Below, piece after piece: positions 63,968 through 64,000 of a stretch of DNA of 64,000 bases (the first letter of the stretch is position 1; every line of letters starts with the position of its first letter). The notes below the pieces were generated by a model, which was not told where the DNA came from, made no database searches, and saw only the letters and a program-made list of their open reading frames with translations. A program made the translations under genes and the position numbers. The stretch is taken from positions 20,157-84,156 of the forward strand of contig DATJAJ010000068.1 in assembly GCA_035516335.1 (NCBI GenBank). The letters run 5' to 3'. This DNA comes from Nitrososphaerales archaeon. Lineage in GTDB: Archaea; Thermoproteota; Nitrososphaeria; Nitrososphaerales; Gagatemarchaeaceae.

Positions 63968-64000
63968 GGTTGGCGCGAATCGCCCGTCTCAGTATATATA

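Noticed and set aside
1-64000. CRISPR arrays, rRNA, tRNA, transposases, integrases, and toxin-antitoxin or known defence genes
   Set aside because: I saw no regularly spaced direct repeats, no tRNA-like D/T-arm combinations in the intergenic regions inspected (8.7-9.0, 9.7-10.2, 12.1-12.5, 20.4, 21.4-21.7, 23.2-23.4, 37.9-38.3, 51.1-51.5 kb), and no recombinase-like ORFs. The absence is by eye only and should be confirmed with tRNAscan-, Rfam- and HMM-type tools.

Overview
GC-rich, densely coding chromosomal segment that I read as archaeal. Hand counts of single 60-nt lines give about 58-68% GC outside one island. The archaeal call is an inference from gene content: family-B DNA polymerase with inteins, tRNA-splicing endonuclease EndA, RNA polymerase subunit P, ThrRS with the archaeal-type N-terminal editing domain, the HMG-CoA synthase/thiolase/DUF35 trio, an NfeD-stomatin pair, and TATA-like boxes 25-35 nt upstream of several start codons. 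I recognised no rRNA, tRNA, CRISPR array, transposase or integrase. Main blocks: (1) 2.2-8.7 kb, a same-strand cluster of a Rieske protein, a long cytochrome b, two large surface proteins and two small membrane proteins. (2) 9.7-17.2 kb, a lower-GC glycosylation island with three GT4 glycosyltransferases, a short nucleotide-sugar dehydrogenase and a DUF2079 membrane protein. (3) 17.6-36 kb, mixed housekeeping and transport genes: MarR+MFS, nitroreductase, an orphan substrate-binding protein, NfeD+stomatin, DUF47, endA, TRAM, arsC-like, trmI, LVIVD propeller, SDR, SnoaL-like, and MFS transporters. (4) 36.4-37.9 kb, a KaiC-like ATPase with a degenerate P-loop overlapping a 7-TM protein gene. (5) 39.1-41.7 kb, the mevalonate-entry trio. 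(6) 45.1-50.3 kb, polB interrupted by two full-size LAGLIDADG inteins, both with unusual features. (7) 51.5-53.6 kb, a secreted protein built of four ~163-aa tandem modules. (8) 56.8-63.6 kb, two consecutive alpha/beta pairs of cytoplasmic molybdopterin enzymes resembling pyrogallol-phloroglucinol transhydroxylase. Many long ORFs in the track are antisense or alternate-frame artefacts of high GC and are listed as rejected. All family assignments rest on motif recognition by eye and memory; no search was run.
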